Source: the human T2T-CHM13v2.0 reference genome, Homo sapiens
DNA: 64,000 bases
Strand: one strand, 5' to 3'
Assembly (NCBI RefSeq): GCF_009914755.1
Contig: NC_060933.1
The notes beneath the pieces are model-generated. The model was not told where the DNA came from. It saw only the letters and a program-made list of their open reading frames with translations, and made no database searches. A program made the translations under genes and the position numbers. The stretch's first letter is position 1, and the number at the start of each line of letters is the position of its first letter. This document shows, one piece after another, positions 14,500 to 29,100 of the stretch.

Positions 14500-17400
14500 A
14501 TGGAATTAACCCGAATAGAATGGAATGGAATGGAATGGAACGGAATGGAACGGAATGGAATGGAATGGAATGGAATGGAATGGTATGGAATGGAATGGAA
14601 TGGTACGGAATAGAATGGAATGGAACGAATTGTAATGGAATGGAATTGAATGGAATGGAATGGAATGGAATGGAATCAACGCGAGTGCAGGGGAATGTAA
14701 TGGAACGGAATGCAATGGAATGGAATCATCCGGAATGGAATGGAATGGAATGGAATGGAATGGAATGGAATCAACCCGAGTGCAATGGAATGGAGTGGAA
14801 TGGAATGGAATGGAATGGAACAACCCGAATGGAATGGAATGTAATGGAGAGTAAGGGAGTTGAATATAATCAATCCGAATGTAATGGAATTGGATGCAAC
14901 GGAATGGAAAGGAATGGAATGGAATGGAATGGAATGCAATGGAATGGAGTCAACCCGAGTACAATGGAATGGAATGGAATGGAATGGAATGGAATGGAAT
15001 GGAATGGAATGCCTTCAAACCGAATGGAATGGAAAGGAATGGAATCAACACGAGTGGAATGGAATGGAATGGAATGGAATGGAATGGAATGATACGGAAT
15101 AGAATGGAATGGAACGAAATGGAATGGAATGGAATGGAATGGAATGGAATGGAATGGAATGGAATGGAATTGTTCCGAGTGGAATAGGAGGGAATGTATT
15201 CGAGTGGAATGGAAAGGAATGGAATCAACCAGAGTGGAATGGAAGGGAATGGAATGGAATGGAAACTAATAGAATGGAATCAACACGAGTGGAATGGAAT
15301 GGAATGGAATGGAATGGAATTAATCCGAATAGAATGGAATGGAATGGAATGGAACGGAATGGAAAGGAATGGAATGGAATGGAATCGAATGGAATGGAAT
15401 GGAATGGAATGGAATCAACCCGAGTGCAGGGGTATGTAATGGAACGGAATGCAATGGAATGGAATCATCCGGAATGGAATGGAACGGAATGGAATGGAAT
15501 CAACCCGAGTGCAATGGAATGTAATGGAGAGTAAGGGAGTTGAAAAGAATCAATCCGAATGTAATGGAATGGAATGGAACGGAATGGAATGGAATGGAAT
15601 GTAATGGAATGGAATGCAATGGAATGGAATCAACCCGAGTACAATGGAATGGAATGGAATGGAATGGAATGGAATGGAATGGAATGGAATGGAATGCAAT
15701 GGAATGGAATCTTCCGGAATGGAATGGAATGGAATGGATTGGAAAACAATGGATTCAACTCGATTGCAGTGGAATGGAATAGAATGGAATGGAATGGAAA
15801 GGAATGGAATTAAACCGAATAGAATGGAATGGAATGGAATGGAACGGAATGGAACGGAACGGTACGGAGTGGAATGGAATGGAATGGAATTGTATGGAAT
15901 GGAATGGAATGGTACGGAATAGAATGGAATGGAAAGAATTGGAATGGAATGGAATCGAATGGAATGGAATGGAATGGAATGGAATCAACCCGAGTGCAGA
16001 GGAATGTAATGGAACCGAATGCAATGGAATGGAATCATCCGGAATGGAATGGAATGGAATGGAATGGAATGGAATGGAATGGAATGAAATGCAATGGATT
16101 CAACTCGATTGCAATGGAGTGGAATAGAATGGAATGGAATGGAATGGAATGGATTGGAATTAACCCGAATAGAATGGAATGGAATGGAATGGAACGGAAT
16201 GGAAAGGAATGGAATGGAATGGAATGGAATGGAATGGAATGGAATGGAATGGTATTGAATGGAGTGGAATGGTACGGAATAGAATGGAATGGAACGAATT
16301 GTAATGGAATGGAATTGAATGGAATGGAATGGAATGGAATGGAATCAACGCGAGTGCAGGGGAAAGTAATGGAACGGAATGCAATGGAATGGAATCATCC
16401 GGAATGGAATGGAATGGAATGGAATGGAATGGAATGGAATCAACCCGAGTGCAATGAAATGGAGTGGAATGGAATGGAAAGGAATGGAACAACCCGAATG
16501 CAATGGAATGTAATGGAGAGTAAGGGAGTTGAATATAATCAATCCGAATGTAAAGGAATGGAATGCAACGGAATGGAAAGGAATGGAATGGAATGGAATG
16601 GAATGGAATGCAATGGAATGGAGTCAACCCGAGTACAATGGAATGGAATGGAATGGAATGGAATGGAATGGAATGGAATGGAATGCCTTCAAACCGAATG
16701 GAATATAAAGGAATGGAATCAACACGAGTGGAATGGAATGGAATGGAATGGAATGGAATGGAATGGAATGGAATGGAATGATACGGAATAGAATGGAATG
16801 GAACGAAATGGAATGGAATGGAATGGAATGGAATGGAATCGTTCCGAGTGGAATAGGAGGGAATGTATTCGAGTGGAATGGAAAGGAATGGAATCAACCA
16901 GAGTGGAATGGAAGGGAATGGAATGGAATGGAAACTAATACAGTGGAATCAACCCGAGTGGAATGGAATGGAATGGAATGGAATGGAATGGAATGGAATG
17001 GAATTAATCCGAATAGAATGGAATGGAATGGAATGGAACGGAATGGAAAGGAATGGAATGGAATGGAATGGATTGGTATGGAATGGAATGGAATCAACGC
17101 GAGTGCAGGGGAATGTAATGGAATGGAATGGAATGGAATGGAATGGAATGGAATCAACCCGAGTGCAGGGGTATGTAATGGAACGGAATGCAATGGAATG
17201 GAATCATCCGGAATGGAATGGAATGGAATGGAATGGAATCAACCCGAGTGCAATGGAATGTAATGGAGAATAAGGGAGTTGAAAAGAATCAATTCGAATG
17301 TAATGGAATGGAATGGAACGGAATGGAATGGAATGGAATGGAATGGAATGCAATGGAATGGAATCATCCCGAGTACAATAGAAAGGAATGGAATGGAATG

Positions 17401-17790
17401 GAAAGGAATGGAATGCAATGGAATGGAATCTTCCGGAATGGAATGGAATGGAATGGATTGGAAAGTAATGGATTCAACTCGATTGCAATGGAATGGAATA
17501 GAATGGAATGGAATGGAATGGAATGGAATTAAACCGAATAGAATGGAATGGAATGGAATGGAACGGAATGGAACGGAACGGTACGGAGTGGAATGGAATG
17601 GAATGGAATTGTATGGAATGGAATGGAATGGTACGGAATAGAATGGAATGGAAAGAACTGGAATGGAATGGAATGGAATGGAATGGAATGGAATCAACCC
17701 GGGTGCAGAGGAATGTAATGGAACGGAATGCAATGGAATGGAATCATCCGGAATGGAATGGAATGGAATGGAATGGAATGGAATGGAATA
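14500..17790 (+). repeat. Diverged ~1.7-kb tandem dimer bridging the two higher-order arrays
   Basis: The same marker order appears twice: GAATATAATCAATCC (~14862/16531), GCCTTCAAACC (15011/16685), GTTCCGAGTGGAATAGGAGGG (15172/16841), GCAGGGGTATGTAAT (~15426/17165), GGTACGGAGT (15861/17580) and GTGCAGAGG (~15994/17703). Offsets are 1670-1740 with multiple substitutions. Confidence 0.8.
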
Positions 17791-20700
17791 AACCCGAGTG
17801 CAATGGAATGGAGTGGAATGGAATGGAATGGAATGGAACAACCCGAATGGAATGGAATGTAATGGAGAGTTAGGGAGTTGAATAGAATCAATCCGAATGT
17901 AATGGAATGGAACGGAATGGAATGGAATGGAATGGAATGGAATGGAATGGAATGGAATGCAATGGAATGGAATCAAACCGAGTACAATGGAACGGAATGG
18001 AATGGAATGGAATGGAATGGAATGGAATGGAATGGAATGGAATGGAATCAACCCGAGTGAAATGGAAATGATAGGAATGGAATGGAATGGAATGGAAACT
18101 ACCCGAATGGAATGGAATGTAATGGAGCGTAAGGGAATTGAATACAATCAATCCGAATGGAATGGAATGGAATGGAACGGAATGTAATGGAATGGAATGG
18201 AATGGAATCAACCCGATTGCAGGGGAATGGAATGGAAAAGAATGCAATGGAATGGAATCATCCGGAATGGAATGGAATGGAATGCAATGGAATGGAATGG
18301 AATGGAATGGAATGGAATGGAATGGAATGGAACAACCCGAATGGAATGGAATGTAATGGAGAGTAAGGGAGTTGAAAAGAATCAATCCGAATGTAATGGA
18401 ATGGAATGCAACGGAATGGAATGGAATGGAATGGAATGGAATGCAATGGAATGGAATCAACCCGAGTACAATTAAATGGAATGGAATGGAATGGAATGGA
18501 ATGGAATGGAATGGAATGGAATGCTTTCAAACCGAATGGAATGGAAAGGAATGGAATCAACACGAATGGAATGGAAAGGAATGGAATGGAATGGAATGGA
18601 ATGGAATGGAATGATACGGAATAGAATGGAATGGAACGAAATGGAATGGAATGGAATGAAATGGAATGGAATGGAATGGAATGGAATGGAATCGTTCCGA
18701 GTCGAATAGGAGGGAATGTATTCGAGTGGAATGGAAAAGAATGGAATCAACCAGAGTGGAATGGAAGGGAATGGAATGGAATGGAAACTAATACAATGGA
18801 ATCAACCCGAGTGGAATGGAATGGAAAGGACTGGAATGGAAAGGAATGGAATGGAATGGAATGGAATGGAATGGAATGGAATGGAATCAACGCGAGTGCA
18901 GGGGAATGGAATGGAATCGAATGGAATGGAATGGAATGGAATGGAATCAACCCGAGTGCAGGGGAATGTAATGGAACGGAAAGCAATGGAATGGAATCAT
19001 CCGGAATGGAATGGAATGGAATGGAATGGAATCAACCCGAGTGCAACGGAATGGAGTGGAATGGAATGGAATGGAATGGAACAATCCGAATGGAATGGAA
19101 TGTAATGGAGAGTAAGGGAGTTCAAAAGAATCATTCCGAATGTAATGGAATGGAACGGAATGGAATGGAATGGAATGGAATGGAATGGAATGGAATGGAA
19201 TGGAATGCAATGGAATGGAATCAACCCGAGTACAATGGAATGGAATGGAATGGAATGGAATGGAATGGAATGGAATGGAATGGAATGATACGGAATAGAA
19301 TGGAATGGAACGAAATGGAATGGAATGGAATGGAATGGAATGGAATGGAATGGAATGGAATGGAATCGTTCCGAGTGGAATAGGAGGGAATCTATTCCAG
19401 TGGAATGGAAAGGAATGGAATCAACCTGAGTGGAATGGAAGGGAATGGAATGGAATGGAAACTAATAGAATGGAATCAACCCGAGTGGAATGGAATTGAA
19501 AGGACTGGAATAGAATGGAATGGAATGGAATCAACTCGATTGTAATGGAATGGAATGGAATGGAATGGAATGGAATGGAATCAACCCGAGTGCAATGGAA
19601 TGGAGTGGAATGGAATGGAATGGAACAACCCGAATGGAATGGAATCTAATGGAGAGTAAGGGAGTTGAATAGAATCAATCCGAATGTAATGGAATGGAAT
19701 GGAACGGAATGGAATTGAATGGAATGGAATGGAATGCAATGGAATGGAATCAACCCGAGTGCAATGGAATGGAGAGGAATGGAATGGAATGGAATGGAAA
19801 CTACCCGAATGGAATGGAATGTAATGGAGTGTAAGGGAATTGAATAGAATCAATCCGAATGTAATGGAATGGAATGGAACGGAATGGAATGGAATGGAAT
19901 GGAATGGAATGGAATGGAATGCAATGGAATGGAATCAACCCGAGTGCAATCGAATGGAATCGAATGGAATGGAATGCAATGGAATGGATTCAACTTGAAT
20001 GGAATGGATAGAATGGAATCAACACGAGTGGAATGGCATGGATTGGAATGGAATGGAATGGAATCAACCCGAGTACGGGGGAATGGAATGGAATGTAATG
20101 TAATGGAATGGAATCATCCGTAATGGAATGGAAAGGAATGGAATGGAATGGAATGGAATGGAATGGAATGGAATCAACTCGATTGCAATCGAATGGAATG
20201 GAATGGAATTAACCAGAATAGAATGGAATGGAATGGAATGGAACGGAACGGAATGGAATGGAATGGAATGGAATGGAAAGGAATGGAACGGAACGGAAGG
20301 GAATGGAATGGAATGGAATGGAATCAACGCGAGTGCAGGGGAATGGAATGGAATGGAATGCAATGGAATGGAATCTTCCGGAATGGAATGGAATGGAATG
20401 GAATGGAATGGAATGAAATGCAATGGATTCAACTCCATTGCAATGGAATGGAATAGAATGGAATGGAAAGGAATTAATCCGAATAGAATGGAATGGAGTG
20501 GAATGGAACGGAATGGAACGGAATGGAATGGAATGGAATGGAATGGAATGGTATGGAATGGAATGGAATGGTACGGAATAGAATGGAATGGAACGAATTG
20601 TAATGGAATGGAATGGAATGGAATGGAATGGAATGGAATGGAATCAACGCGAGTGCAGGGGAATGTAATGGAACGGAATGCAATGGAATGGAATCATCCG

Positions 20701-21922
20701 GAATGGAATGGAATGGAATGGAATGGAATGGAATGGAATCAACCCGAGTTCAATGGAATGGAGTGGAATGGAATGGAATGGAATGGAACAACCCGAATGG
20801 AATGGAATGTAATGGAGAGTAAGGGAGTTGAATAGAATCAATCCGAATGTAATGGAATGGAATGCAACGGAATGGAATGGAAGGGAATGGAATGGAATGG
20901 AATGGAATCAACACGATTGCAATCGAATGGAATGGAATGGAATGGAATGGAATAGAATGGAATGGAATGCAATGGAATGGAATCAACCCGAGTACAATGG
21001 AATGGAATGGAATGGAATGCAATGGAATGGAATGGAATGGAATGGAATCAACCCGAGTGCAATGGAATGGAGAGGAATGGAATGGAATGGAATGGAAACT
21101 ACCCGAATGGAATGGAATGTAATGGAGTGTAAGGGAATTGAATAGAATCAATCCGAATGGAATGGAATGGAATGGAACGGAATGTAATGGAATGGAATGG
21201 AATGGAATCAACCCGAGTGCAGGGGAATGGAATGGAATGGAATGCAATGGAATGGAATCATCCGGAATGGAATGGAATGGAATGCAATGGAATGGAATCA
21301 TCCGGAATGGAATGGAATGGAATGCAATGGAATGGAATGGAATGGAATCAACCCGAGTGCAATGGAATGGAGTGAAATGGAATGGAATGGAATGGAAACA
21401 ACCAGAATGGATTGGAATATAATGGAGTGTAAGGGAATTGAAAAGAATCAATCTGAATGTAATGAAATGGAATGGAACGGAATGGAATGGAATGGAATGA
21501 AATGGAATGCAATGAAATGGAATCAACCCGAGTGCAATCGAATGAAATCGAATGCAATGGAATGCAAAGGAATGGATTCAACTTGAATGGAAAGGAAAGA
21601 ATGGAATCAACACGAGTGGAATGGCATGGATTGGAATGGAATTGAATGGAATCAACCCGAGTACAGGGGAATGGAATGGAATGGAATGCAATGGAATGGA
21701 ATCATCAGTAATGGAATGGAAAGGAATGGAATGGAATGGAATGGAATGGAATGGAATCAACTCGATTGCAATCGAATGGAATGGAATGGAATTAACCCGA
21801 ATAGAATGGAATGGAATGGAATGGAACGGAACGGAACGGAATGGAATGGAATGGAATGGAATGGAATGGAATGGAACGGAACGGAATGGAATGGAATGGA
21901 ATGGAATGGAATGGAATGGAAT
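17695..21922 (+). repeat. 4.19-kb HOR unit 1 (4228 bp; longest and most divergent copy)
   Basis: Its offset to unit 2 falls in 5-bp steps from 4228 to 4198. It has GGAGAGG at 19771 where later copies have GTAGAGG, and TAACCAGAAT at 20210 where later copies have TAACCCGAAT. Confidence 0.9.
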
Positions 21923-24900
21923 CAACCCGGGTGCAGAGGAATGTAATGGAACGGAATGCAATGGAATGGAATCATCCGGAATGGAATGGAATGGAATGGA
22001 ATGGAATGGAATGGAATAAACCCGAGTGCAATGGAATGGAGTGGAATGGAATGGAATGGAATGGAACAACCCGAATGGAATGGAATGTAATGGAGAGTTA
22101 GGGAGTTGAATAGAATCAATCCGAATGTAATGGAATGGAACGGAATGGAATGGAATGGAATGGAATGGAATGGAATGGAATGGAATGCAATGGAATGGAA
22201 TCAAACCGAGTACAATGGAACGGAATGGAATGGAATGGAATGGAATGGAATGGAATGGAATGGAATGGAATCAACCCGAGTGAAATGGAAATGATAGGAA
22301 TGGAATGGAATGGAATGGAAACTACCCGAATGGAATGGAATGTAATGGAGCGTAAGGGAATTGAATACAATCAATCCGAATGGAATGGAATGGAATGGAA
22401 CGGAATGTAATGGAATGGAATGGAATGGAATCAACCCGATTGCAGGGGAATGGAATGGAAAAGAATGCAATGGAATGGAATCATCCGGAATGGAATGGAA
22501 TGGAATGCAATGGAATGGAATGGAATGGAATGGAATGGAATGGAATGGAATGGAACAACCCGAATGGAATGGAATGTAATGGAGAGTAAGGGAGTTGAAA
22601 AGAATCAATCCGAATGTAATGGAATGGAATGCAACGGAATGGAATGGAATGGAATGGAATGGAATGCAATGGAATGGAATCAACCCGAGTACAATTAAAT
22701 GGAATGGAATGGAATGGAATGGAATGGAATGGAATGGAATGCTTTCAAACCGAATGGAATGGAAAGGAATGGAATCAACACGAATGGAATGGAAAGGAAT
22801 GGAATGGAATGGAATGGAATGGAATGGAATGATACGGAATAGAATGGAATGGAACGAAATGGAATGGAATGGAATGAAATGGAATGGAATGGAATGGAAT
22901 GGAATGGAATCGTTCCGAGTCGAATAGGAGGGAATGTATTCGAGTGGAATGGAAAAGAATGGAATCAACCAGAGTGGAATGGAAGGGAATGGAATGGAAT
23001 GGAAACTAATACAATGGAATCAACCCGAGTGGAATGGAATGGAAAGGACTGGAATGGAAAGGAATGGAATGGAATGGAATGGAATGGAATGGAATGGAAT
23101 GGAATCAACGCGAGTGCAGGGGAATGGAATGGAATCGAATGGAATGGAATGGAATGGAATGGAATCAACCCGAGTGCAGGGGAATGTAATGGAACGGAAA
23201 GCAATGGAATGGAATCATCCGGAATGGAATGGAATGGAATGGAATGGAATCAACCCGAGTGCAACGGAATGGAGTGGAATGGAATGGAATGGAATGGAAC
23301 AATCCGAATGGAATGGAATGTAATGGAGAGTAAGGGAGTTCAAAAGAATCATTCCGAATGTAATGGAATGGAACGGAATGGAATGGAATGGAATGGAATG
23401 GAATGGAATGGAATGGAATGGAATGCAATGGAATGGAATCAACCCGAGTACAATGGAATGGAATGGAATGGAATGGAATGGAATGGAATGGAATGGAATG
23501 ATACGGAATAGAATGGAATGGAACGAAATGGAATGGAATGGAATGGAATGGAATGGAATGGAATGGAATGGAATGGAATCGTTCCGAGTGGAATAGGAGG
23601 GAATCTATTCCAGTGGAATGGAAAGGAATGGAATCAACCTGAGTGGAATGGAAGGGAATGGAATGGAATGGAAACTAATAGAATGGAATCAACCCGAGTG
23701 GAATGGAATTGAAAGGACTGGAATAGAATGGAATGGAATGGAATCAACTCGATTGTAATGGAATGGAATGGAATGGAATGGAATGGAATGGAATCAACCC
23801 GAGTGCAATGGAATGGAGTGGAATGGAATGGAATGGAACAACCCGAATGGAATGGAATCTAATGGAGAGTAAGGGAGTTGAATAGAATCAATCCGAATGT
23901 AATGGAATGGAATGGAACGGAATGGAATTGAATGGAATGGAATGGAATGCAATGGAATGGAATCAACCCGAGTGCAATGGAATGTAGAGGAATGGAATGG
24001 AATGGAATGGAAACTACCCGAATGGAATGGAATGTAATGGAGTGTAAGGGAATTGAATAGAATCAATCCGAATGTAATGGAATGGAATGGAACGGAATGG
24101 AATGGAATGGAATGGAATGGAATGGAATGCAATGGAATGGAATCAACCCGAGTGCAATCGAATGGAATCGAATGGAATGGAATGCAATGGAATGGATTCA
24201 ACTTGAATGGAATGGATAGAATGGAATCAACACGAGTGGAATGGCATGGATTGGAATGGAATGGAATGGAATCAACCCGAGTACGGGGGAATGGAATGGA
24301 ATGTAATGTAATGGAATGGAATCATCCGTAATGGAATGGAAAGGAATGGAATGGAATGGAATGGAATGGAATGGAATGGAATCAACTCGATTGCAATCGA
24401 ATGGAATGGAATGGAATTAACCCGAATAGAATGGAATGGAATGGAATGGAACGGAACGGAATGGAATGGAATGGAATGGAATGGAAAGGAATGGAACGGA
24501 ACGGAAGGGAATGGAATGGAATGGAATGGAATCAACGCGAGTGCAGGGGAATGGAATGGAATGGAATGCAATGGAATGGAATCTTCCGGAATGGAATGGA
24601 ATGGAATGGAATGGAATGGAATGAAATGCAATGGATTCAACTCCATTGCAATGGAATGGAATAGAATGGAATGGAAAGGAATTAATCCGAATAGAATGGA
24701 ATGGAGTGGAATGGAACGGAATGGAACGGAATGGAATGGAATGGAATGGAATGGAATGGTATGGAATGGAATGGAATGGTACGGAATAGAATGGAATGGA
24801 ACGAATTGTAATGGAATGGAATGGAATGGAATGGAATGGAATGGAATCAACGCGAGTGCAGGGGAATGTAATGGAACGGAATGCAATGGAATGGAATCAT

Positions 24901-26120
24901 CCGGAATGGAATGGAATGGAATGGAATGGAATGGAATGGAATCAACCCGAGTTCAATGGAATGGAGTGGAATGGAATGGAATGGAATGGAACAACCCGAA
25001 TGGAATGGAATGTAATGGAGAGTAAGGGAGTTGAATAGAATCAATCCGAATGTAATGGAATGGAATGCAACGGAATGGAATGGAAGGGAATGGAATGGAA
25101 TGGAATGGAATCAACACGATTGCAATCGAATGGAATGGAATGGAATGGAATGGAATAGAATGGAATGGAATGCAATGGAATGGAATCAACCCGAGTACAA
25201 TGGAATGGAATGGAATGGAATGCAATGGAATGGAATGGAATGGAATGGAATCAACCCGAGTGCAATGGAATGGAGAGGAATGGAATGGAATGGAATGGAA
25301 ACTACCCGAATGGAATGGAATGTAATGGAGTGTAAGGGAATTGAATAGAATCAATCCGAATGGAATGGAATGGAATGGAACGGAATGTAATGGAATGGAA
25401 TGGAATGGAATCAACCCGAGTGCAGGGGAATGGAATGGAATGGAATGCAATGGAATGGAATCATCCGGAATGGAATGGAATGGAATGCAATGGAATGGAA
25501 TCATCCGGAATGGAATGGAATGGAATGCAATGGAATGGAATGGAATGGAATCAACCCGAGTGCAATGGAATGGAGTGAAATGGAATGGAATGGAATGGAA
25601 ACAACCAGAATGGATTGGAATATAATGGAGTGTAAGGGAATTGAAAAGAATCAATCTGAATGTAATGAAATGGAATGGAACGGAATGGAATGGAATGGAA
25701 TGAAATGGAATGCAATGAAATGGAATCAACCCGAGTGCAATCGAATGAAATCGAATGCAATGGAATGCAAAGGAATGGATTCAACTTGAATGGAAAGGAA
25801 AGAATGGAATCAACACGAGTGGAATGGCATGGATTGGAATGGAATTGAATGGAATCAACCCGAGTACAGGGGAATGGAATGGAATGGAATGCAATGGAAT
25901 GGAATCATCAGTAATGGAATGGAAAGGAATGGAATGGAATGGAATGGAATGGAATGGAATCAACTCGATTGCAATCGAATGGAATGGAATGGAATTAACC
26001 CGAATAGAATGGAATGGAATGGAATGGAACGGAACGGAATGGAATGGAATGGAATGGAATGGAATGGAATGGAACGGAACGGAATGGAATGGAATGGAAT
26101 GGAATGGAATGGAATGGAAT
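21923..26120 (+). repeat. 4.19-kb HOR unit 2 (4198 bp)
   Basis: Lies between CCCGGG markers. Its offset to unit 3 falls 4198 to 4193 to 4188, meaning two extra pentamers. Confidence 0.9.
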
Positions 26121-29100
26121 CAACCCGGGTGCAGAGGAATGTAATGGAACGGAATGCAATGGAATGGAATCATCCGGAATGGAATGGAATGGAATGGAAT
26201 GGAATGGAATGGAATAAACCCGAGTGCAATGGAATGGAGTGGAATGGAATGGAATGGAATGGAACAACCCGAATGGAATGGAATGTAATGGAGAGTTAGG
26301 GAGTTGAATAGAATCAATCCGAATGTAATGGAATGGAACGGAATGGAATGGAATGGAATGGAATGGAATGGAATGGAATGCAATGGAATGGAATCAAACC
26401 GAGTACAATGGAACGGAATGGAATGGAATGGAATGGAATGGAATGGAATGGAATGGAATGGAATCAACCCGAGTGAAATGGAAATGATAGGAATGGAATG
26501 GAATGGAATGGAAACTACCCGAATGGAATGGAATGTAATGGAGCGTAAGGGAATTGAATACAATCAATCCGAATGGAATGGAATGGAATGGAACGGAATG
26601 TAATGGAATGGAATGGAATGGAATCAACCCGATTGCAGGGGAATGGAATGGAAAAGAATGCAATGGAATGGAATCATCCGGAATGGAATGGAATGGAATG
26701 CAATGGAATGGAATGGAATGGAATGGAATGGAATGGAATGGAATGGAACAACCCGAATGGAATGGAATGTAATGGAGAGTAAGGGAGTTGAAAAGAATCA
26801 ATCCGAATGTAATGGAATGGAATGCAACGGAATGGAATGGAATGGAATGGAATGGAATGCAATGGAATGGAATCAACCCGAGTACAATTAAATGGAATGG
26901 AATGGAATGGAATGGAATGGAATGGAATGGAATGCTTTCAAACCGAATGGAATGGAAAGGAATGGAATCAACACGAATGGAATGGAAAGGAATGGAATGG
27001 AATGGAATGGAATGGAATGGAATGATACGGAATAGAATGGAATGGAACGAAATGGAATGGAATGGAATGAAATGGAATGGAATGGAATGGAATGGAATGG
27101 AATCGTTCCGAGTCGAATAGGAGGGAATGTATTCGAGTGGAATGGAAAAGAATGGAATCAACCAGAGTGGAATGGAAGGGAATGGAATGGAATGGAAACT
27201 AATACAATGGAATCAACCCGAGTGGAATGGAATGGAAAGGACTGGAATGGAAAGGAATGGAATGGAATGGAATGGAATGGAATGGAATGGAATGGAATCA
27301 ACGCGAGTGCAGGGGAATGGAATGGAATCGAATGGAATGGAATGGAATGGAATGGAATCAACCCGAGTGCAGGGGAATGTAATGGAACGGAAAGCAATGG
27401 AATGGAATCATCCGGAATGGAATGGAATGGAATGGAATGGAATCAACCCGAGTGCAACGGAATGGAGTGGAATGGAATGGAATGGAATGGAACAATCCGA
27501 ATGGAATGGAATGTAATGGAGAGTAAGGGAGTTCAAAAGAATCATTCCGAATGTAATGGAATGGAACGGAATGGAATGGAATGGAATGGAATGGAATGGA
27601 ATGGAATGGAATGGAATGCAATGGAATGGAATCAACCCGAGTACAATGGAATGGAATGGAATGGAATGGAATGGAATGGAATGGAATGGAATGATACGGA
27701 ATAGAATGGAATGGAACGAAATGGAATGGAATGGAATGGAATGGAATGGAATGGAATGGAATGGAATCGTTCCGAGTGGAATAGGAGGGAATCTATTCCA
27801 GTGGAATGGAAAGGAATGGAATCAACCTGAGTGGAATGGAAGGGAATGGAATGGAATGGAAACTAATAGAATGGAATCAACCCGAGTGGAATGGAATTGA
27901 AAGGACTGGAATAGAATGGAATGGAATGGAATCAACTCGATTGTAATGGAATGGAATGGAATGGAATGGAATGGAATGGAATCAACCCGAGTGCAATGGA
28001 ATGGAGTGGAATGGAATGGAATGGAACAACCCGAATGGAATGGAATCTAATGGAGAGTAAGGGAGTTGAATAGAATCAATCCGAATGTAATGGAATGGAA
28101 TGGAACGGAATGGAATTGAATGGAATGGAATGGAATGCAATGGAATGGAATCAACCCGAGTGCAATGGAATGTAGAGGAATGGAATGGAATGGAATGGAA
28201 ACTACCCGAATGGAATGGAATGTAATGGAGTGTAAGGGAATTGAATAGAATCAATCCGAATGTAATGGAATGGAATGGAACGGAATGGAATGGAATGGAA
28301 TGGAATGGAATGGAATGCAATGGAATGGAATCAACCCGAGTGCAATCGAATGGAATCGAATGGAATGGAATGCAATGGAATGGATTCAACTTGAATGGAA
28401 TGGATAGAATGGAATCAACACGAGTGGAATGGCATGGATTGGAATGGAATGGAATGGAATCAACCCGAGTACGGGGGAATGGAATGGAATGTAATGTAAT
28501 GGAATGGAATCATCCGTAATGGAATGGAAAGGAATGGAATGGAATGGAATGGAATGGAATGGAATGGAATCAACTCGATTGCAATCGAATGGAATGGAAT
28601 GGAATTAACCCGAATAGAATGGAATGGAATGGAATGGAACGGAACGGAATGGAATGGAATGGAATGGAATGGAAAGGAATGGAACGGAACGGAAGGGAAT
28701 GGAATGGAATGGAATGGAATCAACGCGAGTGCAGGGGAATGGAATGGAATGGAATGCAATGGAATGGAATCTTCCGGAATGGAATGGAATGGAATGGAAT
28801 GGAATGGAATGAAATGCAATGGATTCAACTCCATTGCAATGGAATGGAATAGAATGGAATGGAAAGGAATTAATCCGAATAGAATGGAATGGAGTGGAAT
28901 GGAACGGAATGGAACGGAATGGAATGGAATGGAATGGAATGGAATGGTATGGAATGGAATGGAATGGTACGGAATAGAATGGAATGGAACGAATTGTAAT
29001 GGAATGGAATGGAATGGAATGGAATGGAATGGAATCAACGCGAGTGCAGGGGAATGTAATGGAACGGAATGCAATGGAATGGAATCATCCGGAATGGAAT

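Larger units (their letters stand above)
1..15010 (+). repeat. ~8.13-kb higher-order tandem repeat: partial copy (1-~6885) plus full copy (~6886-15010); right end of the array
   Basis: 1-~6880 matches 8131-~15010. Identical ORFs recur at offsets 8130 (67 vs 8197), 8135 (1444 vs 9579; 4909 vs 13044) and 8130 (5877 vs 14007). Rare markers such as GAAAGGGTATGG (59/8189), CGTTCCTAGT (4350/12485) and TGAATATAATCAATCC (6731/14861) occur in both copies. Confidence 0.93.
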
